Part shown: in pieces, positions 53,240 through 62,385 of the stretch | Position numbering within the stretch: position 1 is the stretch's first letter | How the letters are laid out: each line of letters begins with the position of its first letter | Assembly: GCA_038045825.1 (NCBI GenBank) | Contig: JBBSXJ010000001.1 | Span: 6,281-70,280 of the forward strand | Reading direction: 5' to 3' | Source of the DNA: Nanobdellota archaeon | GTDB taxonomy: Archaea > Nanobdellota > Nanobdellia > Pacearchaeales > GW2011-AR1 | Length of the DNA stretch: 64,000 nucleotides | Made by a program: the position numbers and the translations under genes | The notes under the pieces: generated by a model | Seen by the model: only the letters and a program-made list of their open reading frames with translations | The model's database searches: none | What the model was told of the DNA's origin: nothing

Positions 53240-54459
53240 AGTTTTCTGTAAAATAGAATTATCTTTAACAAATTAACCAAATTTGTGATTATAACAAAAA
53301 GAATAATTAATAATTTCACATTAATTACTTCTCCCATAAATAACCATATTGAGCCTAAAGCTAATATTCCCAATATTAACGGATATATTAATATTTTAGC
53401 ATATCCTAATGGGGTGATGTATCCATTAGATACAACTGCTTCAATTGCATATAATGGAAAGATTAGAGAAACAACATGAAAAATAAAAAGAAAATCTGAA
53501 TTGTAATATTCTGGGAATAAATTTTTAAGTACCAATGGAAAAGTTAAGTAAAGAAATAATAATATAATTATAGAAAAATAAAAAGAAAGTTTGGAATGTT
53601 TTACTAATTGTTTTCTTATATGATCTTTACCAAATGAAATGTGTTCTTCTATTTTTCTGGGTCCTAAAATTATTCCTATTGCAGCAAATATATTGATTAA
53701 TACAAACAATATTCTTATGACAAGCTCGTAATACCCTACTAATTCTATACTTCCTTGGCTATTTAAGATAAACAAGACAAAACGAGTATAGAGAAATAGA
53801 GAGACATTTGCTACTGCAATAACTATTGAATAAGAGAACATTTTCTTAATTAGTGGTCCAGAAAATCTACCAAAAGTAAGACTTATATTTGGAATGAATA
53901 GGAAAAAGAAGTTAACCCCGTAAAAGACACCCTGTGAAATCAATGCTCCAGTCAAACTATAATTTTTAACACACCAAAAAGTAAAGAGAATGGATAAAAT
54001 ACTTGGAATAATTGTTAATATTGCTAAAGATTTGAATCTTTTTAAGCCTACATAAAGACCATCATAAACCCCAATTAAAGAAGTAAAAACAATTACCGGC
54101 GTTAGAAACAAAAAATAAAAATTAACTGATTGAAAATAATAATTATAGATGATTGATAAAACTAACAAAACAGCCGAAACTAAAAATCCTAAAAAGAATG
54201 AAGAAGAAACAATTGTTTTTATTTTTAGATCATGTTTTATTGATGATTCTGCTATAAACTTACTCACTGCACTAGATAACCCTAGGTTCCCAATTGTAGA
54301 AATTAATAGGACGATTGCCAATAAGAGTGAAAGCTTACCGAAATCTATAGGAGATAAAAAAGCCGCTGAAATTAAGAAAATAAGCAAATACGCTCCTTGC
54401 CTAAATCCTATCTGTAATGCCCTCCATAAGAAGTCTTTAAAAATTAAATTATTCTTCAT
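53236..54459 (-). CDS. polysaccharide/oligosaccharide flippase (Wzx/MOP superfamily)
   Basis: It is 407 aa with ~12 TM helices. The N-terminal 'ALQIGFRQGAYLLIFLISAAFLSP..FGKLSL' is typical of this family. Confidence 0.65.
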   Translation of the reverse strand: MKNNLIFKDFLWRALQIGFRQGAYLLIFLISAAFLSPIDFGKLSLLLAIVLLISTIGNLGLSSAVSKFIAESSIKHDLKIKTIVSSSFFLGFLVSAVLLVLSIIYNYYFQSVNFYFLFLTPVIVFTSLIGVYDGLYVGLKRFKSLAILTIIPSILSILFTFWCVKNYSLTGALISQGVFYGVNFFFLFIPNISLTFGRFSGPLIKKMFSYSIVIAVANVSLFLYTRFVLFILNSQGSIELVGYYELVIRILFVLINIFAAIGIILGPRKIEEHISFGKDHIRKQLVKHSKLSFYFSIIILLFLYLTFPLVLKNLFPEYYNSDFLFIFHVVSLIFPLYAIEAVVSNGYITPLGYAKILIYPLILGILALGSIWLFMGEVINVKLLIILFVIITNLVNLLKIILFYRKL

Positions 54460-55555
54460 TGCATAGTAGCTCTGAATAAAGGTTATTATAATCTACCATT
54501 ATCTTACTTTCAGAATAATTTTTTATGAGTGAAATATTATTTCTTGACATTTTCTCTATTAATTTTTTATCTGAAGAAATACCCCTTAATATGGATTCTA
54601 TCTTTTTTTTATCTCCTGGTGTGAAGAGATAACCGTTTACCCCATCTTTCACATATTCTTTGATTGGACCAAGATTAGATGCTAAAATTACCAATCCCCT
54701 GCTCATTGCTTCAAGAATGGTTACTCCAAAAGTTTCTGAGTATGATGGTAAAATAAAAAAATCTGAGGAATCGTAGTATCTGTTTATTTTTCTATTTGGT
54801 ACTTCTCCAGTAAATAGGATGTTTCTATTTTTGATTGAAGGTATTTTACTATTTGGACCTCCAACAAATTTGAATTTTAATTTTGTATCTTCCAAATCCT
54901 TACTTATTTCGATTAAATCATCAACACCCTTATATTTGGAAAGAAAACCCACATATAAGATAGATAGATCTTTGGAAAAAGCTTTTCTTTTTACAATATT
55001 CTTATCTTGAATAAAATTAGGAATGATTTTTGATTTTTTCATGAAAAAATGTTTATTTAAAGCATATCTCCTAAGGTGATCTCTTTGAAACTTGCTTAAT
55101 ACTATTATTTTATCAAAAAATAATAATGAGAAATTAACATATAATGGGACTGCTAGGCTTCTGTATAACCCATAAGCCACTAGTTTCATTATTTCTCCAC
55201 TATATAACTCCTTATAACCCATCCCAAAATTCTTATGGAATGTGATTACTTTCTTTTTTCCTAACAAAAATGGAATCATAAAAAAGATAATTATATTTGA
55301 AAGATGAACATGGATGAGTGGATATCCTCTTAATTTCTTAATAAATTTAAAGAACTTATCTATTTTAGGAAATATTATTTCAAAACCAATTTTATAACAT
55401 GGAATAAACTCTTTTTTATTATATAGATTAGTTTTATCTTGAGAGTGCAATATTAAAGTTTCACTCTTCAAATTATTAGAGATTCTAGAAACCATTACGT
55501 CCAGCCCACCATTTTCACCTTTAGAAATGTGAAGGATTTTATTTTCTAAGTTCAT
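54449..55555 (-). CDS. GT4-family glycosyltransferase
   Basis: It has the C-terminal 'PSYSETFGVTILEAMSRGLVILASN' (EX7E region). Confidence 0.8.
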   Translation of the reverse strand: MNLENKILHISKGENGGLDVMVSRISNNLKSETLILHSQDKTNLYNKKEFIPCYKIGFEIIFPKIDKFFKFIKKLRGYPLIHVHLSNIIIFFMIPFLLGKKKVITFHKNFGMGYKELYSGEIMKLVAYGLYRSLAVPLYVNFSLLFFDKIIVLSKFQRDHLRRYALNKHFFMKKSKIIPNFIQDKNIVKRKAFSKDLSILYVGFLSKYKGVDDLIEISKDLEDTKLKFKFVGGPNSKIPSIKNRNILFTGEVPNRKINRYYDSSDFFILPSYSETFGVTILEAMSRGLVILASNLGPIKEYVKDGVNGYLFTPGDKKKIESILRGISSDKKLIEKMSRNNISLIKNYSESKIMVDYNNLYSELLCNEE

Positions 55556-56670
55556 TTTATTAAATCTTCATATTTAGGAATAACAGTTTTAAGAGAGAAA
55601 ACATTTTCATATCTCTTCCTTGCATCTTTTGCATACCTCTTAAGGATTTTAGGATTTTTAACTAAATAAGTTAATTTTTCTTTTACTTTGGAGACATCTG
55701 ATGGTTTCACTAATGATCCGGTGTTTCCAACTGTTTCAGGACAACCAGACAGATTTGAGGATATTATAGCGCACTTCGTAGACATAGCTTCCTGGAATAC
55801 AACGCCTAAAGTCTCTTTTGATGATAATAAAGAAAATATTTTTGATTTATTAAATAATTCTTTATACTTTTTAGAAGAATTATCTAACCATCCAGTAAAG
55901 ATGATTTCTGGATTATTTTTAGCCATCGATTTAAGTTCATTTTTGTAAGGTCCATCTCCTATAATATAAAGCTTCCAACCTTCTAAATTTGCACTCTCAA
56001 AAGCTTTTATTAAATATTGAAAACCTTTTCTTGGAAGAAGTCTGCCTGATGAAATTATAATATTCTCTTTTTTTAGAGACTTAATTAAAAAATCTTTCAT
56101 TGGATAAGGAATTACTGCAAAAGGGTATTTTCCTATTTGTGCCTTAATGAGATTTATATGAGATTTTGATGGTGCAGTAATTATTTTAGCCCCGATACAA
56201 ACTTTCCTTATAATGGATTTAGTAAACTTGTGCATTAACTTAAAGCGATCAGAATTATAACCGGGAACATCACTGCCGTGACTTGTAATTATGTATGGAA
56301 TACCAAACTTCTTTTTTGCCCATAATGCCACTATTCCTGTTGGAATAATGAAATGAGTATGGTTGATATTGTACTTGTTGGTTTTTAGGTGCTTCTTTAG
56401 AAAGTGTTTTGCCGATATTATGTATGTGAGCATTTCTAGAGTTGTACATATTTCTTTCTTTTTTCTTAAACATTTTACTCTGTAAATATTGATGCCATCT
56501 TTAACCTCGAAAAATGGAAGACCTTTGTAATGCATTGTTACTACATCTACACTATGTCCTAACTTGACGTAGCCCTTTGCAATTTCATAAGATGCAGGAG
56601 AAGCTCCGCCTCCTAATGGAGGAAATTCATAATTTAGCATTAAAATTCTCATTTTATTATTTGAATTCAT
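55552..56670 (-). CDS. GT4-family glycosyltransferase
   Basis: 'YEFPPLGGGAS' at the N-terminus, and 'SSKETLGVVFQEAMSTKCAIISSN'. Confidence 0.8.
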   Translation of the reverse strand: MNSNNKMRILMLNYEFPPLGGGASPASYEIAKGYVKLGHSVDVVTMHYKGLPFFEVKDGINIYRVKCLRKKKEICTTLEMLTYIISAKHFLKKHLKTNKYNINHTHFIIPTGIVALWAKKKFGIPYIITSHGSDVPGYNSDRFKLMHKFTKSIIRKVCIGAKIITAPSKSHINLIKAQIGKYPFAVIPYPMKDFLIKSLKKENIIISSGRLLPRKGFQYLIKAFESANLEGWKLYIIGDGPYKNELKSMAKNNPEIIFTGWLDNSSKKYKELFNKSKIFSLLSSKETLGVVFQEAMSTKCAIISSNLSGCPETVGNTGSLVKPSDVSKVKEKLTYLVKNPKILKRYAKDARKRYENVFSLKTVIPKYEDLIK

Positions 56671-56760
56671 TAAAACTCGTTTTATTTGGGATTTATATAA
56701 TATTCTCTAAAGCACTGCAGACTTATTTATTTAATAGCTGTCTGATAACTGCTACAAAAC

Positions 56761-57387
56761 TTATTCTTTTCTCATCCATGGTTCGATCATTCTATAATAA
56801 TTTTCTATTCCGTAAATGATTATATTATTCTTTACTATCTCTTTTCCTACATTATTTTCATTCGTTTTTAACATTGATATAAATTCAGTTGTAGTAAAAT
56901 CCTGTATTTCTAAAGATATAGGTAATAATCTCAACTTTGCAATTAGTTCTTTTGCTTTCTCATTATTGTCTGATATTACACATAAATCTATATCTGATCG
57001 AGCCTTATTTGTTTTTTTAACTATTGAACCAAATAATAATACTATAAAAAATGGATATTTTAGAGAAAGTGCATCTTGTAAAATTAATCTTAACTCTTTA
57101 TGATTTTGCAGGAATTGTTTTGTTCTTTTGCTTTCAACCGAGTAGATTTCTTCACTTATGGATTGTTTTAATTGTATTAAACTTGCATTACCTATTTTTT
57201 CTTTATAGATAATATCAGGATATAGATTATTTACAATATTATGTGTGTTTTTGTAATCTATAAAAGTAGCTCCTGAAATAGTTAAAATTGGTTGGTTGTT
57301 TTTATTTTCTATTAAATAGCTAATTATTTTTTCTTTTGGACTTAGTTTGATTTCTTTCTGCTCTTGCATATTCTTGTTTTTTACCAT
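56761..57387 (-). CDS. wHTH + nucleotidyltransferase (MNT-like) fusion protein, orphan
   Basis: 'LLFGSIVKKTNKARSDIDLCVISD'. It has the same architecture as the 47131 gene, but no HEPN partner is adjacent. Confidence 0.65.
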   Translation of the reverse strand: MVKNKNMQEQKEIKLSPKEKIISYLIENKNNQPILTISGATFIDYKNTHNIVNNLYPDIIYKEKIGNASLIQLKQSISEEIYSVESKRTKQFLQNHKELRLILQDALSLKYPFFIVLLFGSIVKKTNKARSDIDLCVISDNNEKAKELIAKLRLLPISLEIQDFTTTEFISMLKTNENNVGKEIVKNNIIIYGIENYYRMIEPWMRKE

Positions 57388-57410
57388 AATATTATGGTAT
57401 ATTTACCATA
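57382..57410. promoter_or_regulatory. operator-like palindrome over the start codon of the wHTH-NTase gene
   Basis: A perfect 18-bp palindrome taccataatattatggta lies at 57382-57399, with a third 'ttaccata' half-site at 57403-57410. Confidence 0.4.
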
Positions 57411-57439
57411 TTTAAATCTTTCTATTGGTAATAGGAAAT

Positions 57440-58369
57440 TCATCTTTTAATTAGCTCCCTGACATAATACCGTTTTTCTACATGGGAAGTGTTTAGATTT
57501 GTTCTAATTGTAAGATCCATCAAGATTCCAAAACAAAAGAACATAACTCCTATAATTATTAGGAAGAAACCTAAGAAGAACCAACCGCTTCTGTTCAATG
57601 GAAGACTTCCTGTAATTTTCTGATATATTGACCATATGATTGGAAGCAAACCTGCGAAGAAAGATATTAGGCCTAAACCACCGAACATGTGAAGCGGTCT
57701 GTTTGAATATTTGTTTAGAAACCAAATGTAAATTAGGTCTATGAAGCCTTTGTACATTTTCTTATAATTGTATTTGGTTTTTCCCTGTGTTCTTGGTCTG
57801 TGGTTTACTACTACTTCTCCAATTGTAAACCCTTTCCATCTTAATAGAGCTAAGATGTAGCGATGCATTTCCCCCCATAAGTCTAGAGATTTTGCTGCTT
57901 CTTTTCTGTATACCCTTAGTGTACAGCCAGTATCATGCACATCATCTTTAATTATAATTCTTCTAAGCAATCTGCCTATTTTTGTGAGTATTTTTATTCC
58001 TGACTTGTCTTTTCTGTGTTTTCTCCAGCCAGCTACTACATCTAGATTATCTTTTTCTAGTTTTTCTAGTAATTTTGGAATGTCTTTGGGGTCGTTTTGA
58101 AGATCTCCATCCAAAGAGATTATTATATCTCCTTGGGCTTGCTTGAAACCTGCGTCTAAGGCTATTGATTGACCGTAGTTTCTATTGAGATTTACAATAA
58201 CTGTTTTTGATAACTTCTTTAGTTCTTTTAGAGAATTGTCTTTGCTCCCATCATTAATATAAATTATTTCGTAATTGCCTAATTTATCCATTACTTCCCT
58301 TATTTCTTTATCTAACTCTTTGATGTTTCCTTCTTCTTCATATATTGGAACTATAACTGAATACTTCAT
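57440..58369 (-). CDS. GT2-family glycosyltransferase (dolichyl-phosphate sugar synthase type) with C-terminal TM helices
   Basis: 'YSVIVPIYEEEGNI', 'YINDGSKD' and 'DGDLQNDP', plus two C-terminal TM helices. Confidence 0.85.
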   Translation of the reverse strand: MKYSVIVPIYEEEGNIKELDKEIREVMDKLGNYEIIYINDGSKDNSLKELKKLSKTVIVNLNRNYGQSIALDAGFKQAQGDIIISLDGDLQNDPKDIPKLLEKLEKDNLDVVAGWRKHRKDKSGIKILTKIGRLLRRIIIKDDVHDTGCTLRVYRKEAAKSLDLWGEMHRYILALLRWKGFTIGEVVVNHRPRTQGKTKYNYKKMYKGFIDLIYIWFLNKYSNRPLHMFGGLGLISFFAGLLPIIWSIYQKITGSLPLNRSGWFFLGFFLIIIGVMFFCFGILMDLTIRTNLNTSHVEKRYYVRELIKR

Positions 58370-58417
58370 TGAACTTCCAGAAGATTGAACTATTATAAAT
58401 ATTATCTCTAAGAGTTA

Positions 58418-58609
58418 TTATAAAACTACTGGGTGTCTTTCAATTGGGCACCTCATTTCAAGGGAAACGAAATAAGCCGAATGGTGATATTCACCTTTAG
58501 CGTATCTTTTTGCAAACATTTCTCCAATTTCTCTATCTTTAAATAAACAAAAGATACGATATGCAAGTTCTGGATCTTTACGTACAATGTTTTTTTTTGC
58601 TTTAGGCAA
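58418..58609 (-). CDS. hypothetical small protein
   Basis: A 63-aa ORF with a TTG start. It lies immediately after a 40-aa ORF (58611-58733, 'MAIIRITDLVRSVLDSKKERDMKKEIDEFIKYHQERGGSN'). The pair may be a two-gene module. Confidence 0.35.
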   Translation of the reverse strand: MPKAKKNIVRKDPELAYRIFCLFKDREIGEMFAKRYAKGEYHHSAYFVSLEMRCPIERHPVVL

Positions 58610-58868
58610 TCTAATTACTTCCTCCTCTTTCTTGATGATATTTAATAAACTCGTCTATTTCTTTTTTCATATCTCTTTCTTTTTTACTATCTAAAACTGA
58701 TCTAACTAAATCTGTAATCCTTATAATTGCCATTTTTAGATGAAAACTATTTTATTTATATAAATTTAGGAATTAGAGAATGTGTTTAGGATTTTAGGGC
58801 TAGAATTGTTGATTGAAGCATTTTATACCACAAATCTTTATAAAGAGTGAATTCATGGTTTTGTTTCT

Positions 58869-59771
58869 ATGATGATAAAAAACAAGACTGGTGGCGTTAG
58901 TAAAATCTTAAGCAGTGTGATTACTGCTTTTGTTATTGGGCTGCTTGTTTTTGTTGGTCCTGTTGATGCTTTGCGCTTACAGCTAGATGGATTAAGAAAC
59001 ACTCCTTATCAACTTGGAGAAGAAGTTAACTTTGTTGGTTCTATTAAGATAGAATCAAATGAAAGAGTTGGACTAACTAATGTTAGTGTTGAATTGAATG
59101 ATGAAGTTGTCTGCACTTTTACAACTTCTGGGACAATATTATCTGGTTGCCAGGGGATTAGCGTTTCTCTATTATCAAATACCGCTCAATTTGGTTATGG
59201 ATATGGGTACAGCACTTTCCAACAAAACTGGACAGGAAGTAACTCTAGTTCTAATGCAGGAAATTATGCAGGTTATGGATATGGATACGGTTATGGATAT
59301 GGATATTCAAATGGACCTAGCCAACTTACTTATAACATAACTATACAGACTCCTCAATCATACTTAAACTTCCCAGGAAATAATGAATTAAAGTTAATCT
59401 CTCAGACTTCAACTCAGACATTTAACTCAAGAACAGAAAGATTTGTACTTATACCTCCAACTGGAAACTCAAATATATTCTTAATGGGATCTGAAGATGG
59501 AGAGGCTCTTTTCTGGGGAAGATTCAATAGCACAGAGCATACTATGAAGGGAGAAGTTATTTGGAGAGAAAATACTGCTATTAGACGTAATGGTGAAGGA
59601 AGTTATGTTGTTCATAATCCGCATTCAGGATCATTTGCTCTTAGATTTTATGATCCTAACAACCCTTCCGACCCTGGACTTAACTGGACAGGCGCTTATG
59701 GTCATGGAACATGGAATATGGCTACTGGAAACTCCACCTTGCAGGGAATAGTTTACTTAGCTCCAAGGTAA
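58869..59771 (+). CDS. secreted protein with Gly-Tyr dipeptide repeats
   Basis: It has a signal/TM 'ILSSVITAFVIGLLVFVGPVDA' and the low-complexity stretches 'FGYGYGYS' and 'YAGYGYGYGYGYGYSNG'. Confidence 0.6.
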   Translation: MMIKNKTGGVSKILSSVITAFVIGLLVFVGPVDALRLQLDGLRNTPYQLGEEVNFVGSIKIESNERVGLTNVSVELNDEVVCTFTTSGTILSGCQGISVSLLSNTAQFGYGYGYSTFQQNWTGSNSSSNAGNYAGYGYGYGYGYGYSNGPSQLTYNITIQTPQSYLNFPGNNELKLISQTSTQTFNSRTERFVLIPPTGNSNIFLMGSEDGEALFWGRFNSTEHTMKGEVIWRENTAIRRNGEGSYVVHNPHSGSFALRFYDPNNPSDPGLNWTGAYGHGTWNMATGNSTLQGIVYLAPR

Positions 59772-59867
59772 TTCTTGAATTTTAGATTTATTCTTATCTT
59801 TTGATTAATTAACTTATAAGTAGCTACAAATAGAAATATTTAAATAGGTTTTGTTAAGCCAAGGAAT

Positions 59868-60263
59868 ATGAAAGATAAGGCAACTCCACATATTAGACTG
59901 ACTGCAACTGTAAATGGATTGGAAATTGTGACTGAGGAAGTTCAAGTTCCTTTTGGATTTATAAATGAAATTGGATTAAATTTAAGAGGCTATAGATCTA
60001 CTGTTAGAGAGGTTGGAAAACCTGATCCAAGATATTCTAGATTCTACGGATCAGTTGAAGAAGCAATTAAAGGTCATTGTGGCTTGGCTTTGACAGGCCA
60101 TAATAATCCAGATTCTATTAGACCAGTAGATAGATCTGTAGAATTTATTAAAAGATTTGGTAGTCTAGTTGAAAAAAAGGAGAAAAATAAGTTTGATATA
60201 GATTTTAAGTCACCTTACTCTAATTTTATGAAATGTAAATATGATGATGAAAGGAATAGATAA
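59868..60263 (+). CDS. hypothetical protein
   Basis: A 131-aa ORF with no recognised motif. Confidence 0.45.
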   Translation: MKDKATPHIRLTATVNGLEIVTEEVQVPFGFINEIGLNLRGYRSTVREVGKPDPRYSRFYGSVEEAIKGHCGLALTGHNNPDSIRPVDRSVEFIKRFGSLVEKKEKNKFDIDFKSPYSNFMKCKYDDERNR

Positions 60264-60549
60264 AATGATACCACAAGCATCTAGACCAATGGGAGTTGCG
60301 TTAGTGATTGAGTTTAATGGAAAACATCCTATTGAAATTCATGGTAGAATTAATTTACAAAATTATTTGTCTACTATGTGTGATACTGGTGCGAAATTGA
60401 TAGCTCGTTACAGAATTGATACACCTGAAGAAATTGGTTTTTATGCTGGAGAAGTTACTAGATATCTTCAATCAAGAAAACCTGGTAAACAATTGACTCG
60501 AGGAGAAATTGATGCATTTTTGGTTTCTGAAAGACAAAGCACTAACTGA
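60241..60549 (+). CDS. hypothetical protein
   Basis: A 102-aa ORF that overlaps the upstream gene. Confidence 0.45.
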   Translation: MMMKGIDKMIPQASRPMGVALVIEFNGKHPIEIHGRINLQNYLSTMCDTGAKLIARYRIDTPEEIGFYAGEVTRYLQSRKPGKQLTRGEIDAFLVSERQSTN

Positions 60550-60667
60550 CATAGATTCTTAGCCTTGGATAAACACAATATTTAAAAAGGGAAGAAATAT
60601 TGAAATATTGAAATTACAAGCGAACAAAGGAATTATTACAATTATTCTTTGTTGATTGGTAAATTAC

Positions 60668-61393
60668 ATGGAAAAATTTAACGAAAAAAATAACGAAGAG
60701 AATTATGAAGAATTCGTTGGTGTTGCAGAACCTTCTAGTAGAACTGTTGTAGTTCCTGGAGAAGTTATTGCTTCTGGAGACGATTTCTTAGCTGGAGAAG
60801 GCGCTAGAAAAGAAGGAAACAATGTTGTCGCATCTCGTTATGGATTAGCTGAAAAAGTTGGAAGAGTTGTTAAAATAATACCGTTCTCTGGAGCTTTTAT
60901 CCCAAGAAGAAATAATGTTGTTATTGGAAGAGTAAATGATATAGTTCACTCTGGATGGATTATAGATATTGATTATGCTCAAAATGGATTCTTACCTTTG
61001 ATGGAAAGTCCTAGATTTGTAAACAAACATGAAATGGATCAATTTTTAGCTATTGGTGATGTAGTTGCAGCTAAAGTATGGTCAGTTTCTCCTAAAGGAA
61101 TAGACTTAGCAATGAAAGGAAAGGGTCTAGGAAAATTAGAAGGTGGATTTGTATTCAGAGTAAATCCTTCAAGAGTTCCTAGAATTATAGGAAGAGAAGG
61201 AAGCATGATTAACTTGATAAAAGAAAAAACAGGATGCAATGTTACAATTGGACAGAATGGATGGATTTGGATAAAAGGAAATGATATTGATTCTGAACTT
61301 AAAACTAGAAGAGCTATAGAATTTATAGCTGAGAAGGTTTTGGTTTCAGGATTAACAGATAAAATGGAAAAATGGTTTGGAGAAAATAAATAA
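60668..61393 (+). CDS. rrp4: exosome complex RNA-binding protein Rrp4 (S1 + KH)
   Basis: The start is the ATG at 60668; the track uses a TTG at 60656. S1 region: 'VVIGRVNDIVHSGWIIDI'. KH: 'PRIIGREGSMINLIKEKTGCNVTIGQNGWIWI'. Confidence 0.88.
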   Translation: MEKFNEKNNEENYEEFVGVAEPSSRTVVVPGEVIASGDDFLAGEGARKEGNNVVASRYGLAEKVGRVVKIIPFSGAFIPRRNNVVIGRVNDIVHSGWIIDIDYAQNGFLPLMESPRFVNKHEMDQFLAIGDVVAAKVWSVSPKGIDLAMKGKGLGKLEGGFVFRVNPSRVPRIIGREGSMINLIKEKTGCNVTIGQNGWIWIKGNDIDSELKTRRAIEFIAEKVLVSGLTDKMEKWFGENK

Positions 61394-61649
61394 AATGGCA
61401 AATATAAATAATATTCAAACACCTAACAGAATTGCAAATAAAATTTATTATAGTGTTTTAGGATTACTGGGAACAGCATCAGCAGCTACAGGAGTTTACG
61501 GAATGGTTTCAGATCAAGATAATTATGCAATGGGTGGAATTATTATGACAACTGCATTTATACTAGCGGGTATGCAAACCGCACGCGTTAATAGACGTAG
61601 GACTCAAGATCTTCAAGAACTAGAAAGGGTGGTTAATCAATTCAGATGA
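61377..61649 (+). CDS. small two-TM membrane protein
   Basis: A 90-aa ORF that overlaps the rrp4 stop and has an ATGA overlap with the rrp41 start. Confidence 0.45.
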   Translation: MEKINKMANINNIQTPNRIANKIYYSVLGLLGTASAATGVYGMVSDQDNYAMGGIIMTTAFILAGMQTARVNRRRTQDLQELERVVNQFR

Positions 61650-62350
61650 CATTCAAAAGACCTGACGGAAGGAAACTAGATGAAATGAGACCTATTGTGG
61701 CTAAAATAGGAATTGTTCCTAATGCTGATGGAAGTGCAATGTTTACATTTGGTAAAACTGTAGCAATTGCTGCAGTTTATGGACCTAGATTATTACACCC
61801 TCAACATATGCAAGATCCTAAGGCTGCTATATTAAGAGTTAATTATGATTTACTTTCATTCTCTGTTGCAGATAGAAAGAAGCCTGGACCTTCAAGAAGA
61901 TCACAGGAAATTTCTAAAGTTACTGAGTGGGCATTATCTCCTGCACTTGATTTGAAAGAATTTCCTAATACAGTTATTGATGTACAGATATACATATTAC
62001 AAGCTAATGCAAGTACAAGGGTGGCTGGAATAAACGCTGCTAGTATGGCTTTGGCTCAAGCTGGGATACCTATGAAAGATTTAGTTTGTGCTGTATCTGT
62101 AGGAAAGATGGATAAGGACCTTGTTTTAGATGTTAATGATGAAGAAGAACACTTTGAAGATGGAGAGGGCGCAACAGACATGGCTACTGCTAGATTAGCA
62201 AACTCTGACAAATGGACATTACTTCAATTAGATGGAAAGATACAACCTGATCTTTACCCTAAGGCATTAAGTATGGCAGACAAAGCATTTGCTAAGATTT
62301 ATGAAGTGCAGAAAAAAGCATTAAAGAGTGTCATGGAGGAAGAAAAATGA
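61646..62350 (+). CDS. rrp41: exosome complex exonuclease Rrp41 (RNase PH domain)
   Basis: 'RPDGRKLDEMRPI...ADGSAMFTFGKTVAIAAVYGPR'. Confidence 0.92.
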   Translation: MTFKRPDGRKLDEMRPIVAKIGIVPNADGSAMFTFGKTVAIAAVYGPRLLHPQHMQDPKAAILRVNYDLLSFSVADRKKPGPSRRSQEISKVTEWALSPALDLKEFPNTVIDVQIYILQANASTRVAGINAASMALAQAGIPMKDLVCAVSVGKMDKDLVLDVNDEEEHFEDGEGATDMATARLANSDKWTLLQLDGKIQPDLYPKALSMADKAFAKIYEVQKKALKSVMEEEK

Positions 62351-62385
62351 AAAAATTTTTGTTAACAAGTAAAACTTTTGCCTGT

